From positions 1,914,274-1,978,273 of the forward strand of contig JABTUB010000001.1 in NCBI GenBank assembly GCA_015075585.1: a stretch of DNA of 64,000 nucleotides, given 5' to 3'. The stretch is from Chloracidobacterium sp. Lineage in GTDB: Bacteria > Acidobacteriota > Blastocatellia > Pyrinomonadales > Pyrinomonadaceae. The translations under genes and the position numbers were made by a program. Positions within the stretch are counted from its first letter, which is position 1. Each line of letters opens with the position of its first letter. The notes beneath the pieces are model-generated. The model worked only from the letters and a program-made list of their open reading frames with translations. It was not told where the DNA came from and did no database searches. This document shows, piece by piece, positions 41,030 through 51,136 of the stretch.

Positions 41030-43824
41030 AAAGCTCCGTTAAATGCTATGGCATTGAGGAATTGCCGAGTTGCCGAACGGGTCATACCTCTGAAGAAAGG
41101 ATCTTCGGCAAACAGCACCACATGGCCGGCTCCGGCGGATTCGTCGATCAAATAGGACGTACCCTGCAGCAGACGCTCCGTGTTGCCTTCCCAAACGAAA
41201 CCCGAAATCGTGAGCGGCCGCTTCGGGTTTGCCTCAAACACAAGCGCATTCGTGCCTTCTTTCGAATATCGGAAAAAATATCCGTTCGTCAGCAGAACAG
41301 GCAGTTCATTCTGATCGACGCCGAAGTTCAAATAGGTCGTATGATCGACCGTCGCACGAAATATCGCCCCGGGCAAAGCCTCGGGAACTCTGTTATTGTC
41401 AGCGGACGGTGAAGCGATCGGCGGCAATGTTTGCTTTGGCACGTCCGCTCTGTCAACCGCCGGCGGCATCGGCGCGGAATCCGGAGTCGCCCCCTGTGCT
41501 GCAGCGGGCCGTTCCTGATCGGCCTTGGCAGAAGTATCGTCATCACTGCCAACGAGTTTGGCGCTCGTAAGGCCGACGTCCTTCAAGGCCGCGAAAACCG
41601 AAGCGCCGCTGAATGTCACGATCGTACCTCCGCCGGCCGTAAAAGCCTTAAGCGATGCTACGCCGCCGCTGCCCAGCCCGCTCATATATCGCGCCGAAGA
41701 TCCATCGGGCAAGATCAACAGATTATAGCCCTTCAATGCGCCGCTGCGAATAGAGTTCATCGTCATCGGCGTGAACTTGATGCCGAAACGATCAAGCGTC
41801 CACCACGTCGAACCATACGATTCCTGCGAGATGCCCTCGTCCGCCGCAACCACAATCCGCGGCAGCTTGAGGCTGATCACCTCAGCGCTTCCGACGCTCG
41901 TATCGCCCTCATTCGAGTAGCCCGAGTTCACGCTGACCACGCCGACGCCGAGTTCGCGAGCGAGGCTCTCGACCGCCTCATGTATCGCCGGCGGATTTCT
42001 AGATAAACGTATGACAAAAGTCCCGGCCTTCCAATTGCGCCCGCCGGCCGACAGTTCACGCGAAGCTACGGCAACTTTATAACCTTGCTGAAGCAGCCGA
42101 AGCGCCATCACCGCAGACACGTCGGTCTCGTACGGTATCAGGTAAGCAACACTCGCCCGGCCTGAAAAGGTTCCTGCCCTCTGCTTCTCCAATGTCCTTG
42201 CCTCTACGAGATCGCCCGTTACGCTCACTGAGTCCTCTGTCCACCACGCATCAACTCCAAAAACAAGCGGTACCGACCACGCGGTAATGTCGTAAAATCC
42301 ATAGCCCTCCTTGGCCTGGCCCTTACCGCGCATCTGATTTCGCCGAAAGCGGGCCATATTCTCGTCAACAAAAGCCTTATCCTGCGGCGTATCTTGCTCA
42401 AGGATAGCCTTTATCAGCAGGCGCTGCGGCTGGTCAAGATCGATAACATAGGAACCCGCGGGAAACGTCTTTGCGACCGCCCGCGAGTCTTTTTCCATAT
42501 ATGTATGAGCGAGATTCGAGACGAACGGCCGCGAAGTGACCGTGACCTCGATGTTCGATCGGCGCAGCGTCTCGATCAGCTCTGCTGCCTTGACCCTGTC
42601 GGATGTCGGATCTATGACCACGCGTTTCATTTTGCCCTGTGTCGCCATTCCTTTAGCTCGGAAATCATAAAAATCCTTGATGCGTTCGGGCTTGTTCTTC
42701 GCGGTCTGTTCGAGGGTCGTCATCGAAGCGACATAGTGCTTCGCGATCGAGGAGCGAAAGGTAACGATCGTACCGTCGTCGCGTGTCCATTGAAGCCCCT
42801 TGTAACCGCCGCCGTCAGTCTCATAGGTCATTCCGATCGCACCGTTGAGCGACGGATAAGTATCCCAATATCCCGGATAGAACGCATCAAAGACATCCCG
42901 CACGAAATAGTCCCAATGGTTCGCATCGAACGCCTGTGCATTCGCCCGGCCGTAAATGTCCAGCCACTTGCTGTATTGCGGTTGCGGCAGGTTCGGGTTG
43001 ATCGGCAGTGCGACCGGCGGAAAGAAATACTGCGACGGCTGACCGTGATGATCAACGGTAAGCTGCGGGTTCCATTCCAGCAGGGCCTTCTGCATATTTC
43101 GCGACTCTTTTTGGCTGAGGACAAGTGTGTCGCGGTTGAGGTCAAATCGATAATGGTTGTAACGTCCCCAGATTGACCACGGCTCACGATGTTCAATCGC
43201 GTTCCTATCCGCATCGCCGATAGCTACGGAGTTATACCAAGTTGCAAAACGCTCGTGGCCATCTGGATTTTCACCCGTCAAGACCAAAACGACGGTGTTC
43301 CGCAAGATATCGAGCGTCGCCGGCTCATTCGATGCCGCAAGTTGATAGATGACCTGCATAAATGCTTCGAACGATGACGATTCATTGCCGTGGATCGTAT
43401 ATGCCATCCATGCTATTGCAGGGTTTGACGCCGCTATACGGTCGGCCTCGGAAGCACTTGTTTTCCGCGGATCGGTAAGCTTCGCGTTAACAGACCTTAT
43501 TTCATCAAGCCTTGCCATATTCTCAGGCGAAGATATCGCCACGAGATGCTGCATACGAAGCTCATTCGTAAGCCCAATATCAAAGATCCGGACACGATCG
43601 GGCGCAGCAACCGCAATAGCATTTATCACCTGCTCCATCTGAGCGTATGTTGTATGATGATCGCCAACGTCGTAGCGCAGGAAGGTCTGCGGGCGCGGCA
43701 CTTTATCGTTATACGGCCCTCGCTGATAGAAATCGAACTTTGCTTCTAACTGAGCTGTTGCAGCCGCAGCCAAAATACCGACCGCAATTAAGAACCCGAC
43801 AAAAGACACCAGCCGAACTCTCAT
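41026..43824 (-). CDS. M14 family zinc carboxypeptidase-like protein, large multidomain (932 aa)
   Basis: Signal peptide and a zinc-binding HxxE motif (TIHGNESSSFEA), with long C-terminal extensions. Confidence 0.8.
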   Translation of the reverse strand: MRVRLVSFVGFLIAVGILAAAATAQLEAKFDFYQRGPYNDKVPRPQTFLRYDVGDHHTTYAQMEQVINAIAVAAPDRVRIFDIGLTNELRMQHLVAISSPENMARLDEIRSVNAKLTDPRKTSASEADRIAASNPAIAWMAYTIHGNESSSFEAFMQVIYQLAASNEPATLDILRNTVVLVLTGENPDGHERFATWYNSVAIGDADRNAIEHREPWSIWGRYNHYRFDLNRDTLVLSQKESRNMQKALLEWNPQLTVDHHGQPSQYFFPPVALPINPNLPQPQYSKWLDIYGRANAQAFDANHWDYFVRDVFDAFYPGYWDTYPSLNGAIGMTYETDGGGYKGLQWTRDDGTIVTFRSSIAKHYVASMTTLEQTAKNKPERIKDFYDFRAKGMATQGKMKRVVIDPTSDRVKAAELIETLRRSNIEVTVTSRPFVSNLAHTYMEKDSRAVAKTFPAGSYVIDLDQPQRLLIKAILEQDTPQDKAFVDENMARFRRNQMRGKGQAKEGYGFYDITAWSVPLVFGVDAWWTEDSVSVTGDLVEARTLEKQRAGTFSGRASVAYLIPYETDVSAVMALRLLQQGYKVAVASRELSAGGRNWKAGTFVIRLSRNPPAIHEAVESLARELGVGVVSVNSGYSNEGDTSVGSAEVISLKLPRIVVAADEGISQESYGSTWWTLDRFGIKFTPMTMNSIRSGALKGYNLLILPDGSSARYMSGLGSGGVASLKAFTAGGGTIVTFSGASVFAALKDVGLTSAKLVGSDDDTSAKADQERPAAAQGATPDSAPMPPAVDRADVPKQTLPPIASPSADNNRVPEALPGAIFRATVDHTTYLNFGVDQNELPVLLTNGYFFRYSKEGTNALVFEANPKRPLTISGFVWEGNTERLLQGTSYLIDESAGAGHVVLFAEDPFFRGMTRSATRQFLNAIAFNGAF

Positions 43825-43885
43825 CCCTTATCCTCCGAATTTTTGATAAGCTAAAACTGCCGCTTTTAAGCCGCAAGTATAACAA

Positions 43886-44074
43886 ATGTCGAAAAAGATA
43901 TCCGACAAGTGCCCGCGTTGCGGAAAATACGCGCTAAAAAGGTGGAAAGACCTCGACCGCGACGAATTGATCGCGGCCGAGAGTTTGACAGCGAAAAATG
44001 CCTCGGTAAAGCGTCTCGCCGTCTGCACGGCGTGCTGGTTCTTGATAGGACGAGGCGACCGGGACAAAGTGTAA
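43886..44074 (+). CDS. Small zinc-ribbon protein (hypothetical)
   Basis: 62 aa with CPRCG...CTAC (four Cys). It is the only plus-strand ORF in a 294-bp gap. No clear RBS or promoter. Confidence 0.3.
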   Translation: MSKKISDKCPRCGKYALKRWKDLDRDELIAAESLTAKNASVKRLAVCTACWFLIGRGDRDKV

Positions 44075-44118
44075 TACACCCGCCCCTTCGCATTTATTAA
44101 CGTACTATCAAAGGCTGA

Positions 44119-44988
44119 TCACGGCGTCATTTGGACGCCGAAATCAAAGAATTTCGATCCGACGCCCGCGGCTGTATTCGCATTACCGGAATTCAGCAAA
44201 TAGAACGCGTACTCGCCCTTTGTAAGAGTAACGGCAGGGGTTACCCTGAAAACACCGTTGCCGAGATCTTCAGACTTGAGGCCGACCACATATTCGCCGG
44301 AAAGTCCGCCCTTACCACTCCACGAGTTCTCTTTTGAGATCGTAACTTCACGATCGTCTCCACGGACATGGAATCGGATCAAGCTGAATTCACTCGGAGA
44401 TGCCGGAATGCCGCTCGCGGTATTAAGTCCGCCGGTCGAAGCATCAAGATAGAAATAAAAGACCGGCATCGTTTCCTGAAGCTGAAGATCAGCATTGCGT
44501 CCGTCCAAATTGGTTTTGGTCTTGACCTTTCCAAGCCCGAACGGCGTTATCGAAGCCGTAAACTTTCCGCCGGTCCGATTCTGTGACGACACCTTCGCTT
44601 GGAGTTGGGTCATTTTACGCTGTCCATCCTTTTCCTGATAAAGGTAGATCCCAAAGCTATGCTTCGACATCGGATCATTCGGGTCGCCTGCGGATGGCGA
44701 AATCGTATTGTTATTGACGGCGGCCTTGCCGTTCTTTGCAACGAGCATCGCGTTAACGACATCATCGCTGACACCGGCTTGCTTGAGTTTGATCAGGGCG
44801 TCGGTTGACATATCAAAATTCGTCGGCGACGTATTGATCTTTCCGACAATGATACTCGATGCCAATCCCGCCTTTGTAAGCTGGATCACCTCGTCATTCG
44901 TCATTTTTTCCTGTGCGAGGACAAACGACGCGCAAAGGCTAATTATCAGCGCCACAACCGCTGTTAGTATCAGATTTTTCTTTTTCAT
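44119..44988 (-). CDS. Secreted hypothetical protein
   Basis: Signal peptide and two short helical repeats (IQLTKAGLASSII / LIKLKQAGVSDDVV), followed by a beta-rich C-terminal domain. Confidence 0.55.
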   Translation of the reverse strand: MKKKNLILTAVVALIISLCASFVLAQEKMTNDEVIQLTKAGLASSIIVGKINTSPTNFDMSTDALIKLKQAGVSDDVVNAMLVAKNGKAAVNNNTISPSAGDPNDPMSKHSFGIYLYQEKDGQRKMTQLQAKVSSQNRTGGKFTASITPFGLGKVKTKTNLDGRNADLQLQETMPVFYFYLDASTGGLNTASGIPASPSEFSLIRFHVRGDDREVTISKENSWSGKGGLSGEYVVGLKSEDLGNGVFRVTPAVTLTKGEYAFYLLNSGNANTAAGVGSKFFDFGVQMTP

Positions 44989-45043
44989 TGGCGTTTCTTT
45001 ACTCCTACTAAATAAAACTATAGAACGTTCGGGCTTGCTTCAT

Positions 45044-46117
45044 TTATGGCTTCTGCGGCCTAAGAAATGAATTCTTGGCACGCACTATCAGATCCGGACG
45101 ATAGACACGCACCCGAATGTAGTGCTTACCGCCGGCTCGCCGCTCGCTGCTCGGATAATAACCCAGAGTGTATGTTTTGCGAAGCTCATCTGCGATCTGT
45201 GAAAAGGCGGCAAGAAGATTTGTCGTTGAACTTACCCGCTGTACCCGGCCGCCTGTGCGTTCGGCTAGCGTGAGCAGGAACTCGCGTGCCGCAACATAAT
45301 CATCCCAACGCTCGCCTTTGCCCGCAACTCCGCTCACCGAATACGGACGGTCATCTTCATCAAAACGGATCTCGGCATCATTACGACGATTATGTTGCAC
45401 ATCATCGTAAGTGTCATACCAGATCGGATAAATAAGTGCGTCCGTCTCATCTAACGCTTTTAAGATCGAGTCGCCGTCGGAGATCTTACTGGTAGTATCG
45501 ACACCGTCACTCAGCAGCACCACGGCCTTACGCCCGTGTATTGCCGCAAATCGCTGATTGATCACCTGATCCAATGCATCATAAACCGATGTGCCCGAGC
45601 CTACCGCCGCCCCTTCGATCGCATAGCGCAAAGCCTTCCGGTTATTTGTCACATCACATAGAACACGTACCTTTCGATCGAAAGCGACGATCATTACACG
45701 GTCATCCGGCTTTAAAAGGCTCAGGAATTGTAATGCCGCCGATTGGATCTCATTCACCTTAAAAACCGTCGAGTAGCTCATATCTAGGAGCAGCGCAACG
45801 GTGAATGGAGCCTCATTATTATTAAAAAACGAGATCTCCTGCTCCTCACCATCTTCATAGATACGGAATTCGCTTTGTTTAAGGTCTGAGATCGGCCTGC
45901 CTTTGCGAGATGTAACACGCACCGGCAGCATTACGAGGTCGGTCTCGACCTTGATGATATCTTCGTCGTTGCCGCTTTGCGCCGCATGCGGCTCCGAAGG
46001 CTGTGCAGTATCATACTGCGAAACACTCTCCGAGTATTTTTGCTTGTGTCCCGACTGCGCCGCCGCTGCTGCGGCCGACAAAACGCATATCAGCAAGATA
46101 ACGATCTGACGGTTCAT
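45044..46117 (-). CDS. VWA domain protein (VWFA-related acidobacterial-type)
   Basis: Signal peptide. FRIYEDGEEQEISFF is typical of the TIGR03436-type N-region. MIDAS-like LLLDMSYST is present. Confidence 0.8.
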   Translation of the reverse strand: MNRQIVILLICVLSAAAAAAQSGHKQKYSESVSQYDTAQPSEPHAAQSGNDEDIIKVETDLVMLPVRVTSRKGRPISDLKQSEFRIYEDGEEQEISFFNNNEAPFTVALLLDMSYSTVFKVNEIQSAALQFLSLLKPDDRVMIVAFDRKVRVLCDVTNNRKALRYAIEGAAVGSGTSVYDALDQVINQRFAAIHGRKAVVLLSDGVDTTSKISDGDSILKALDETDALIYPIWYDTYDDVQHNRRNDAEIRFDEDDRPYSVSGVAGKGERWDDYVAAREFLLTLAERTGGRVQRVSSTTNLLAAFSQIADELRKTYTLGYYPSSERRAGGKHYIRVRVYRPDLIVRAKNSFLRPQKP

Positions 46118-46630
46118 CTATTTATCGGCCAATTTTATTGCCGTAACCTTCCACCGGATATCTGCCCTGTCATCCTTTCGGTCAAATCCTTCGAGTGCCA
46201 GCGTTAACGGTATCGTCTCACCCGGACCGAGCGACACGGCCTGTGTCGGAACGACAAGCACACGCTTCTGTTTCAAGACCTGATTCGTGGTCGATACAAC
46301 AGCGGCATTGACCTCAAGCAAAGTTATGGTTTGATCGCTGCGGTTCTTCACATTCCCGCGAATATACATTGAGATCGTGCCGAGCCCCGTCGGCGACTCA
46401 ACGGTGCTTTCATCCGTTGAAATGATGATCTGCTTATTTATTGCGTCAAATTCGGGCGAGCCTTCACGCAATGCACCGTTCATGATCGCAGCGGTCTGAT
46501 CCTCCATCGACGGCCGTTGTGCGATCAAGAAAATGATCGCGCCGATAAGCGCAACCGCCGCAATTGTCGCGATAAGAAGGTTCTTCCTCGATCGCTTTTC
46601 GCCTTTACCCGACTTAAACAGTTCATCCAT
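46118..46630 (-). CDS. Membrane-anchored hypothetical protein
   Basis: 170 aa with a single N-terminal TM. Its stop abuts the VWA gene start with no gap. Confidence 0.5.
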   Translation of the reverse strand: MDELFKSGKGEKRSRKNLLIATIAAVALIGAIIFLIAQRPSMEDQTAAIMNGALREGSPEFDAINKQIIISTDESTVESPTGLGTISMYIRGNVKNRSDQTITLLEVNAAVVSTTNQVLKQKRVLVVPTQAVSLGPGETIPLTLALEGFDRKDDRADIRWKVTAIKLADK

Positions 46631-46732
46631 GGGAACATTCTAGCGCGGTTTGTCCGTCTCAGTGTCAAGGTTTTACAATTCGACCTTTCCTTACAAGAAA
46701 ATGAACTGATGTTAGGTTATGATTTCGATTGA

Positions 46733-48997
46733 ATGGCGATCGGACCTGCACCTCGAATCAATGGGCCTCGTTATATCGAGGCTGCTCTGCCGGTCCCATT
46801 GCGCCGAGTGTTCACCTATCGTGTCCCCGAGGGAATCTCGGACGAGATCGCTCTCGGAACTCGCGTGCAGGTGCCGTTCGGACGCCGCGAGCTGACAGGC
46901 TACGTCGTCGCTATCCACGATGAGCTGCCGCAAGAGTTTTCCATCGAAGACGCAAGGATACGAGATGTGATCGCGGCCCTCGACACGCAGCCGCTGATCA
47001 CTCCCGAGATCCTTCGGCTCACACAGTGGACAGCAGATCACTATGCAGGATTTTGGGGCGAAGTCCTCAAAGCATCACTGCCTGCCGGGCTTCACAATGA
47101 AAAGGTCAGGCCAAAACGGCGAAAGGCGGTTCGCCTTACGTCAGAACCACCGCATACGGCCCTCGAAAAGCCGATTTCCGATCAACAGCAGAAGATCATA
47201 GCGATACTGAAACAGGGCGGCGGCGAGATGCTCTTTACAGAACTCCTCGACCGGGCGGGCGTCGGCACGTCACCGCTCAACACGCTTGCAAGGCGCGGCA
47301 TGGTAGAGATATTCGTTCAAGACGTTCGCCGCGATCCGCTCCGCGGCGCCGCTTTGCCGGCTAAGAAAGACATCGCACTAACACCCCAACAAACCGACGC
47401 TCTTACTCAGATCGCGGCCGCTATCACCAAGAGCGACTATAAAGCGTTCCTGTTACACGGCGTTACCGGCAGCGGCAAGACCGAGATATACATACGTGCG
47501 ATTCAGCAGACTCTTTCCGAGGGCCGCTCGGCGTTGATGCTCGTACCTGAGATCGCCTTGACCCCGATATTCTCGCGGCGGCTTCGTGCGGTGTTCGGCT
47601 CGAATGTGGCGATCCTGCATTCGGAACTTTCTGCGGGCGAACGCTTTGACGAATGGCGGCGGATACGGCTTGGCTCGGCCAAAGTCGCTATCGGTACACG
47701 CTCGGCTATATTTGCCCCGCTTGAGAATATAGGGCTGATCGTAGTTGACGAAGAACACGACGCCTCTTATAGACAGCAGGAATCGCCTTTCTACAACGCC
47801 CGCGACGTTGCCGTTATGCGCGCTCATTTTGCCAAAGCCGCCGTTGTTCTCGGTTCAGCGACGCCGGCGATGGAGTCATTTTATAATGCTCGTTCCGGCA
47901 AGTATGCGTATCTTCACCTTCCGGATCGGATCGGCGACATCGGCCTCGCAAAGGCAGAACTGATCGATATGCGCGACGTCTTTCGGCAGACGGGCAAGGA
48001 TGTTCCCGTCGCACCTGAATTGATGGCCGCCATTGATGAAACTCATGATCGCGGTGAGCAGGCGATCATCCTGTTGAATCGCCGCGGCTTCTCGCAGTTC
48101 GTGCTGTGCCGAACGTGCGGCGAGGCCATACGCTGCCAAAATTGCGATATCACACTCACATTTCACAGGCGCGAAGGAAAACTCGCCTGCCACTATTGCG
48201 GTTATCAAGTTCCCTCACCAAAGGTTTGTCCTCACTGCAGCAGTGAATTTCTCTATTTTGTCGGCGAGGGCACTGAAAATATCGAAGATCGACTGAGAAA
48301 GCGTTTTCCCGAGATGAACATCGGCCGTGTCGATCGCGATACGATGAAACATAAGGGCGATCTCGAACGGGTGCTCTTCGATTTTGCTTCTCATAAGATC
48401 GACCTGCTCGTCGGCACACAGATGATCGCAAAAGGGCACGATTTCCCGAACGTAACACTGGTCGGCGTTATCGGTATAGATATTGGCCTCGGTCTGCCGG
48501 ATCTTCGCTCGGCAGAGAGAACCTTTCAACTGATAACGCAGGTTGCGGGCCGCTCGGGACGAGGCGATAAGCAAGGCCGCGTGCTGATACAAACATATTA
48601 TCCGGAACACTATGCCTTGCGGCATGCGGTTCGGCAGGATTATATCGGGTTTTATGAAGAAGAGATCAAGTACCGCGAACGCTTTGCCTATCCGCCCTTC
48701 TATGTACTTGCTTCGATAATGATACGGCATCGCGATCAACGGCATGCATCACAGAACGCGAACCTGCTGCGCCGCGCGCTCGATGATGCCAATTCGCAGC
48801 GTTATGTACGTATTTTGGGTCCTGCGTCGGCGTCGGTCGGACGTTTACGCAACGAATATCGTATGCAGATCATCCTAAAGGCACGCTCACGCAAAGGGCT
48901 GCGGCAAACACTGGACACCGCACTTGCGGATGCGGAACATCGCGGAGCCGATATGCGCTCTTTTTTCGTCGAAATTGACCCGATCGACCTGTTGTAA
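46733..48997 (+). CDS. priA: Primosomal protein N' (replication restart helicase PriA)
   Basis: GVTGSGKTE, VVDEEHD and the Cys-rich zinc region (CRTCGEAIRCQNCDITLTFH...CHYCG...CPHC). Confidence 0.93.
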   Translation: MAIGPAPRINGPRYIEAALPVPLRRVFTYRVPEGISDEIALGTRVQVPFGRRELTGYVVAIHDELPQEFSIEDARIRDVIAALDTQPLITPEILRLTQWTADHYAGFWGEVLKASLPAGLHNEKVRPKRRKAVRLTSEPPHTALEKPISDQQQKIIAILKQGGGEMLFTELLDRAGVGTSPLNTLARRGMVEIFVQDVRRDPLRGAALPAKKDIALTPQQTDALTQIAAAITKSDYKAFLLHGVTGSGKTEIYIRAIQQTLSEGRSALMLVPEIALTPIFSRRLRAVFGSNVAILHSELSAGERFDEWRRIRLGSAKVAIGTRSAIFAPLENIGLIVVDEEHDASYRQQESPFYNARDVAVMRAHFAKAAVVLGSATPAMESFYNARSGKYAYLHLPDRIGDIGLAKAELIDMRDVFRQTGKDVPVAPELMAAIDETHDRGEQAIILLNRRGFSQFVLCRTCGEAIRCQNCDITLTFHRREGKLACHYCGYQVPSPKVCPHCSSEFLYFVGEGTENIEDRLRKRFPEMNIGRVDRDTMKHKGDLERVLFDFASHKIDLLVGTQMIAKGHDFPNVTLVGVIGIDIGLGLPDLRSAERTFQLITQVAGRSGRGDKQGRVLIQTYYPEHYALRHAVRQDYIGFYEEEIKYRERFAYPPFYVLASIMIRHRDQRHASQNANLLRRALDDANSQRYVRILGPASASVGRLRNEYRMQIILKARSRKGLRQTLDTALADAEHRGADMRSFFVEIDPIDLL

Positions 48998-49071
48998 GCG
49001 TCGCAAAGTTGCTTTCGATACACACTCTGGTAGAACATTACTCAACAAGGCAACGAGACTTTTAAGGAAAG

Positions 49072-50097
49072 ATGAAACTTTCAGAACTAGCAAGCACTGT
49101 CGGCGCAGTGATCGAAAACGCCGATGCGGACATCGATATCACCTCGGTGGCGAGTCTCGAGGATGCACTGCCCGGCAGCGTGTCGTTCCTTTCAAATCCG
49201 AAGTACACCCCGCAGGTCGGCGTGACGAAGGCCTCGGCGATCTTTGTCGGAGAAGGAGTTGAGGTCGCACGCAATGACATCGCCATCCTGCGTACAAAGG
49301 ACCCTCGCATCGCATATACGCTTGCACTTCGTACATTTTTTCCTGAAAGAGATCTTCGTCCGGGCATCCATCAAACCGCATCGATCGACACATCGGCGGT
49401 TATTGATCCTAATGCCGAGATCGGGGCTAATGTTGTGATCGGTGCGAATTCGAGCATTGCTGCGGGCGTGCGGTTGATGGCTAATGTTACCGTTTACGAC
49501 AATGTGACGATCGGCGAGAACACGATCATCCACTCAGGCACTGCAGTTCGCGAGAACACGCTGATCGGCCGTAACTGCATTATCCACAACAATTCGGTTA
49601 TCGGAGCCGATGGCTTCGGATATGCGAAGACCGAGGAAAAGACATGGCTCAAGATACCTCAAACCGGCCGCGTCGTTATCGAGGACGATGTCGAGATCGG
49701 AGCACTTTCTGCCGTCGATCGTGCATCAGTCGGAGAAACCCGAATCGAGCGTGGTGTCAAGATCGACAACATGGTACAGATCGGCCACTCATGCACTATC
49801 GATGAGGACGCTCTGATCTGCGCGCAAACGGGCCTTGCCGGCAGTTCGCATATCGGAAAGCGTGTCATATTAACGGGCCAAGTCGGTATCGCAGGCCATT
49901 TGAAGGTCGGCGATGATGCGATATTGACCGCAAAGAGCGCAACTTCGCACGATGTGGAACCGGGTAAGGTCGTCTCGGGAATTCCGGCCTTTGACAACCG
50001 CGAATGGCTCCGTTCGGTTGCAGCATTCAGGAAGCTCGGCGAGATCGCCCAACGACTGCGAAAGTTGGAGAAGAAAGTACTCTCATCGGACGAATAA
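49072..50097 (+). CDS. lpxD: UDP-3-O-acylglucosamine N-acyltransferase
   Basis: Left-handed beta-helix hexapeptide repeats and GADGFGY. 341 aa. Confidence 0.92.
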   Translation: MKLSELASTVGAVIENADADIDITSVASLEDALPGSVSFLSNPKYTPQVGVTKASAIFVGEGVEVARNDIAILRTKDPRIAYTLALRTFFPERDLRPGIHQTASIDTSAVIDPNAEIGANVVIGANSSIAAGVRLMANVTVYDNVTIGENTIIHSGTAVRENTLIGRNCIIHNNSVIGADGFGYAKTEEKTWLKIPQTGRVVIEDDVEIGALSAVDRASVGETRIERGVKIDNMVQIGHSCTIDEDALICAQTGLAGSSHIGKRVILTGQVGIAGHLKVGDDAILTAKSATSHDVEPGKVVSGIPAFDNREWLRSVAAFRKLGEIAQRLRKLEKKVLSSDE

Positions 50098-50156
50098 TCG
50101 ACGGCGCGTGTCGGCAATGCTTTGCATCGATGCCGTCTTTGCATGATGATGGAACT

Positions 50157-50600
50157 ATGAAATCAAGTTCCGGCTACGACATTTCACCGCTTGATGGCGA
50201 GACTATTGAACGCCTTGCGTCCGGCCTTACGGCGGAAGAACAACGAATTTTGCTCAGCCACGGCACCGAAGCCCCGTTCTGCGGCGGACTGCTCGATAAC
50301 AAACTTGAAGGCACATATGTCTGCCGCCTTTGCGGACTTCCGCTATTCAGTTCGAGGCATAAGTTTCATTCCGGCACAGGTTGGCCTTCATTCTACGCGC
50401 CGTCCGACAAGAGCCATTTGTCAGAGATAGAAGACAACAGCTACGGAATGCGCCGGGTTGAGATACGATGCTCGCGGTGCGGCGGCCACCAAGGGCACGT
50501 CTTTCCCGATGGACCGCCGCCGACGTATCTGCGATATTGCGTAAATTCGGCATCGCTGGCGTTCGTCGAGGAAGGGGATAAGATCGTCCTTCGCACATAA
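50157..50600 (+). CDS. msrB: Peptide-methionine (R)-S-oxide reductase MsrB
   Basis: GTYVCRLCGLPLF, GWPSF, RCGGHQGHVF and RYCVNSASL. The ATG at 50157 avoids overlap with lpxD; the ORF track starts at 50004. Confidence 0.9.
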   Translation: MKSSSGYDISPLDGETIERLASGLTAEEQRILLSHGTEAPFCGGLLDNKLEGTYVCRLCGLPLFSSRHKFHSGTGWPSFYAPSDKSHLSEIEDNSYGMRRVEIRCSRCGGHQGHVFPDGPPPTYLRYCVNSASLAFVEEGDKIVLRT

Positions 50601-50674
50601 TTCACAGAGCCGGGCCGGGCTGCCCGTGCAAAGGCCTCTTAAGCAAGGCTGGATTCAGGAGCAATATCCAAACC

Positions 50675-51079
50675 ATGGAGCGTATCGTACTTTTTGACGG
50701 CGTCTGCAATTTCTGCAACGGTGCCGTGAATTTCATCATAAAACACGATCCGCAAGGCACATTTCGCTTTGCCCCGCTTCAATCTGAATTGGGTAATGCG
50801 ATCAAGGATCAATATCGAATACCGGACAATATCGACTCGGTGATACTCGTGGATGAAGGCCGTATGTTCCTTCATTCGGATGCTGCGCTGCGGATCGCAA
50901 AGTATCTTGGTCCGCCATGGTCGTTTGGGCGTATTCTGGTCGTTGTCCCGGCTTTTATCCGCAATGCGGCTTACAGGCTGTTCGCACGATACCGCTATAG
51001 GATCTTCGGCCGACGCGACGCGTGCATGCTCCCGACGCCCGAAATACGCGAAAGGTTCTTATCTGAACCGAAAACATAG
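50675..51079 (+). CDS. Thiol-disulfide oxidoreductase DCC family protein (DUF393)
   Basis: LFDGVCNFCNGAVNFIIKHD signature. Confidence 0.85.
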   Translation: MERIVLFDGVCNFCNGAVNFIIKHDPQGTFRFAPLQSELGNAIKDQYRIPDNIDSVILVDEGRMFLHSDAALRIAKYLGPPWSFGRILVVVPAFIRNAAYRLFARYRYRIFGRRDACMLPTPEIRERFLSEPKT

Positions 51080-51136
51080 CAGACGATCGAGCTTCTCCGA
51101 TCTGCGCACCCTTTGATACTATTTATCGACCGATCA

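Noticed and set aside
42394-43176. 260-aa plus-strand ORF inside the M14 peptidase gene
   Set aside because: It is antisense to a frame carrying the HxxE zinc motif and a signal peptide, so it is a shadow ORF.
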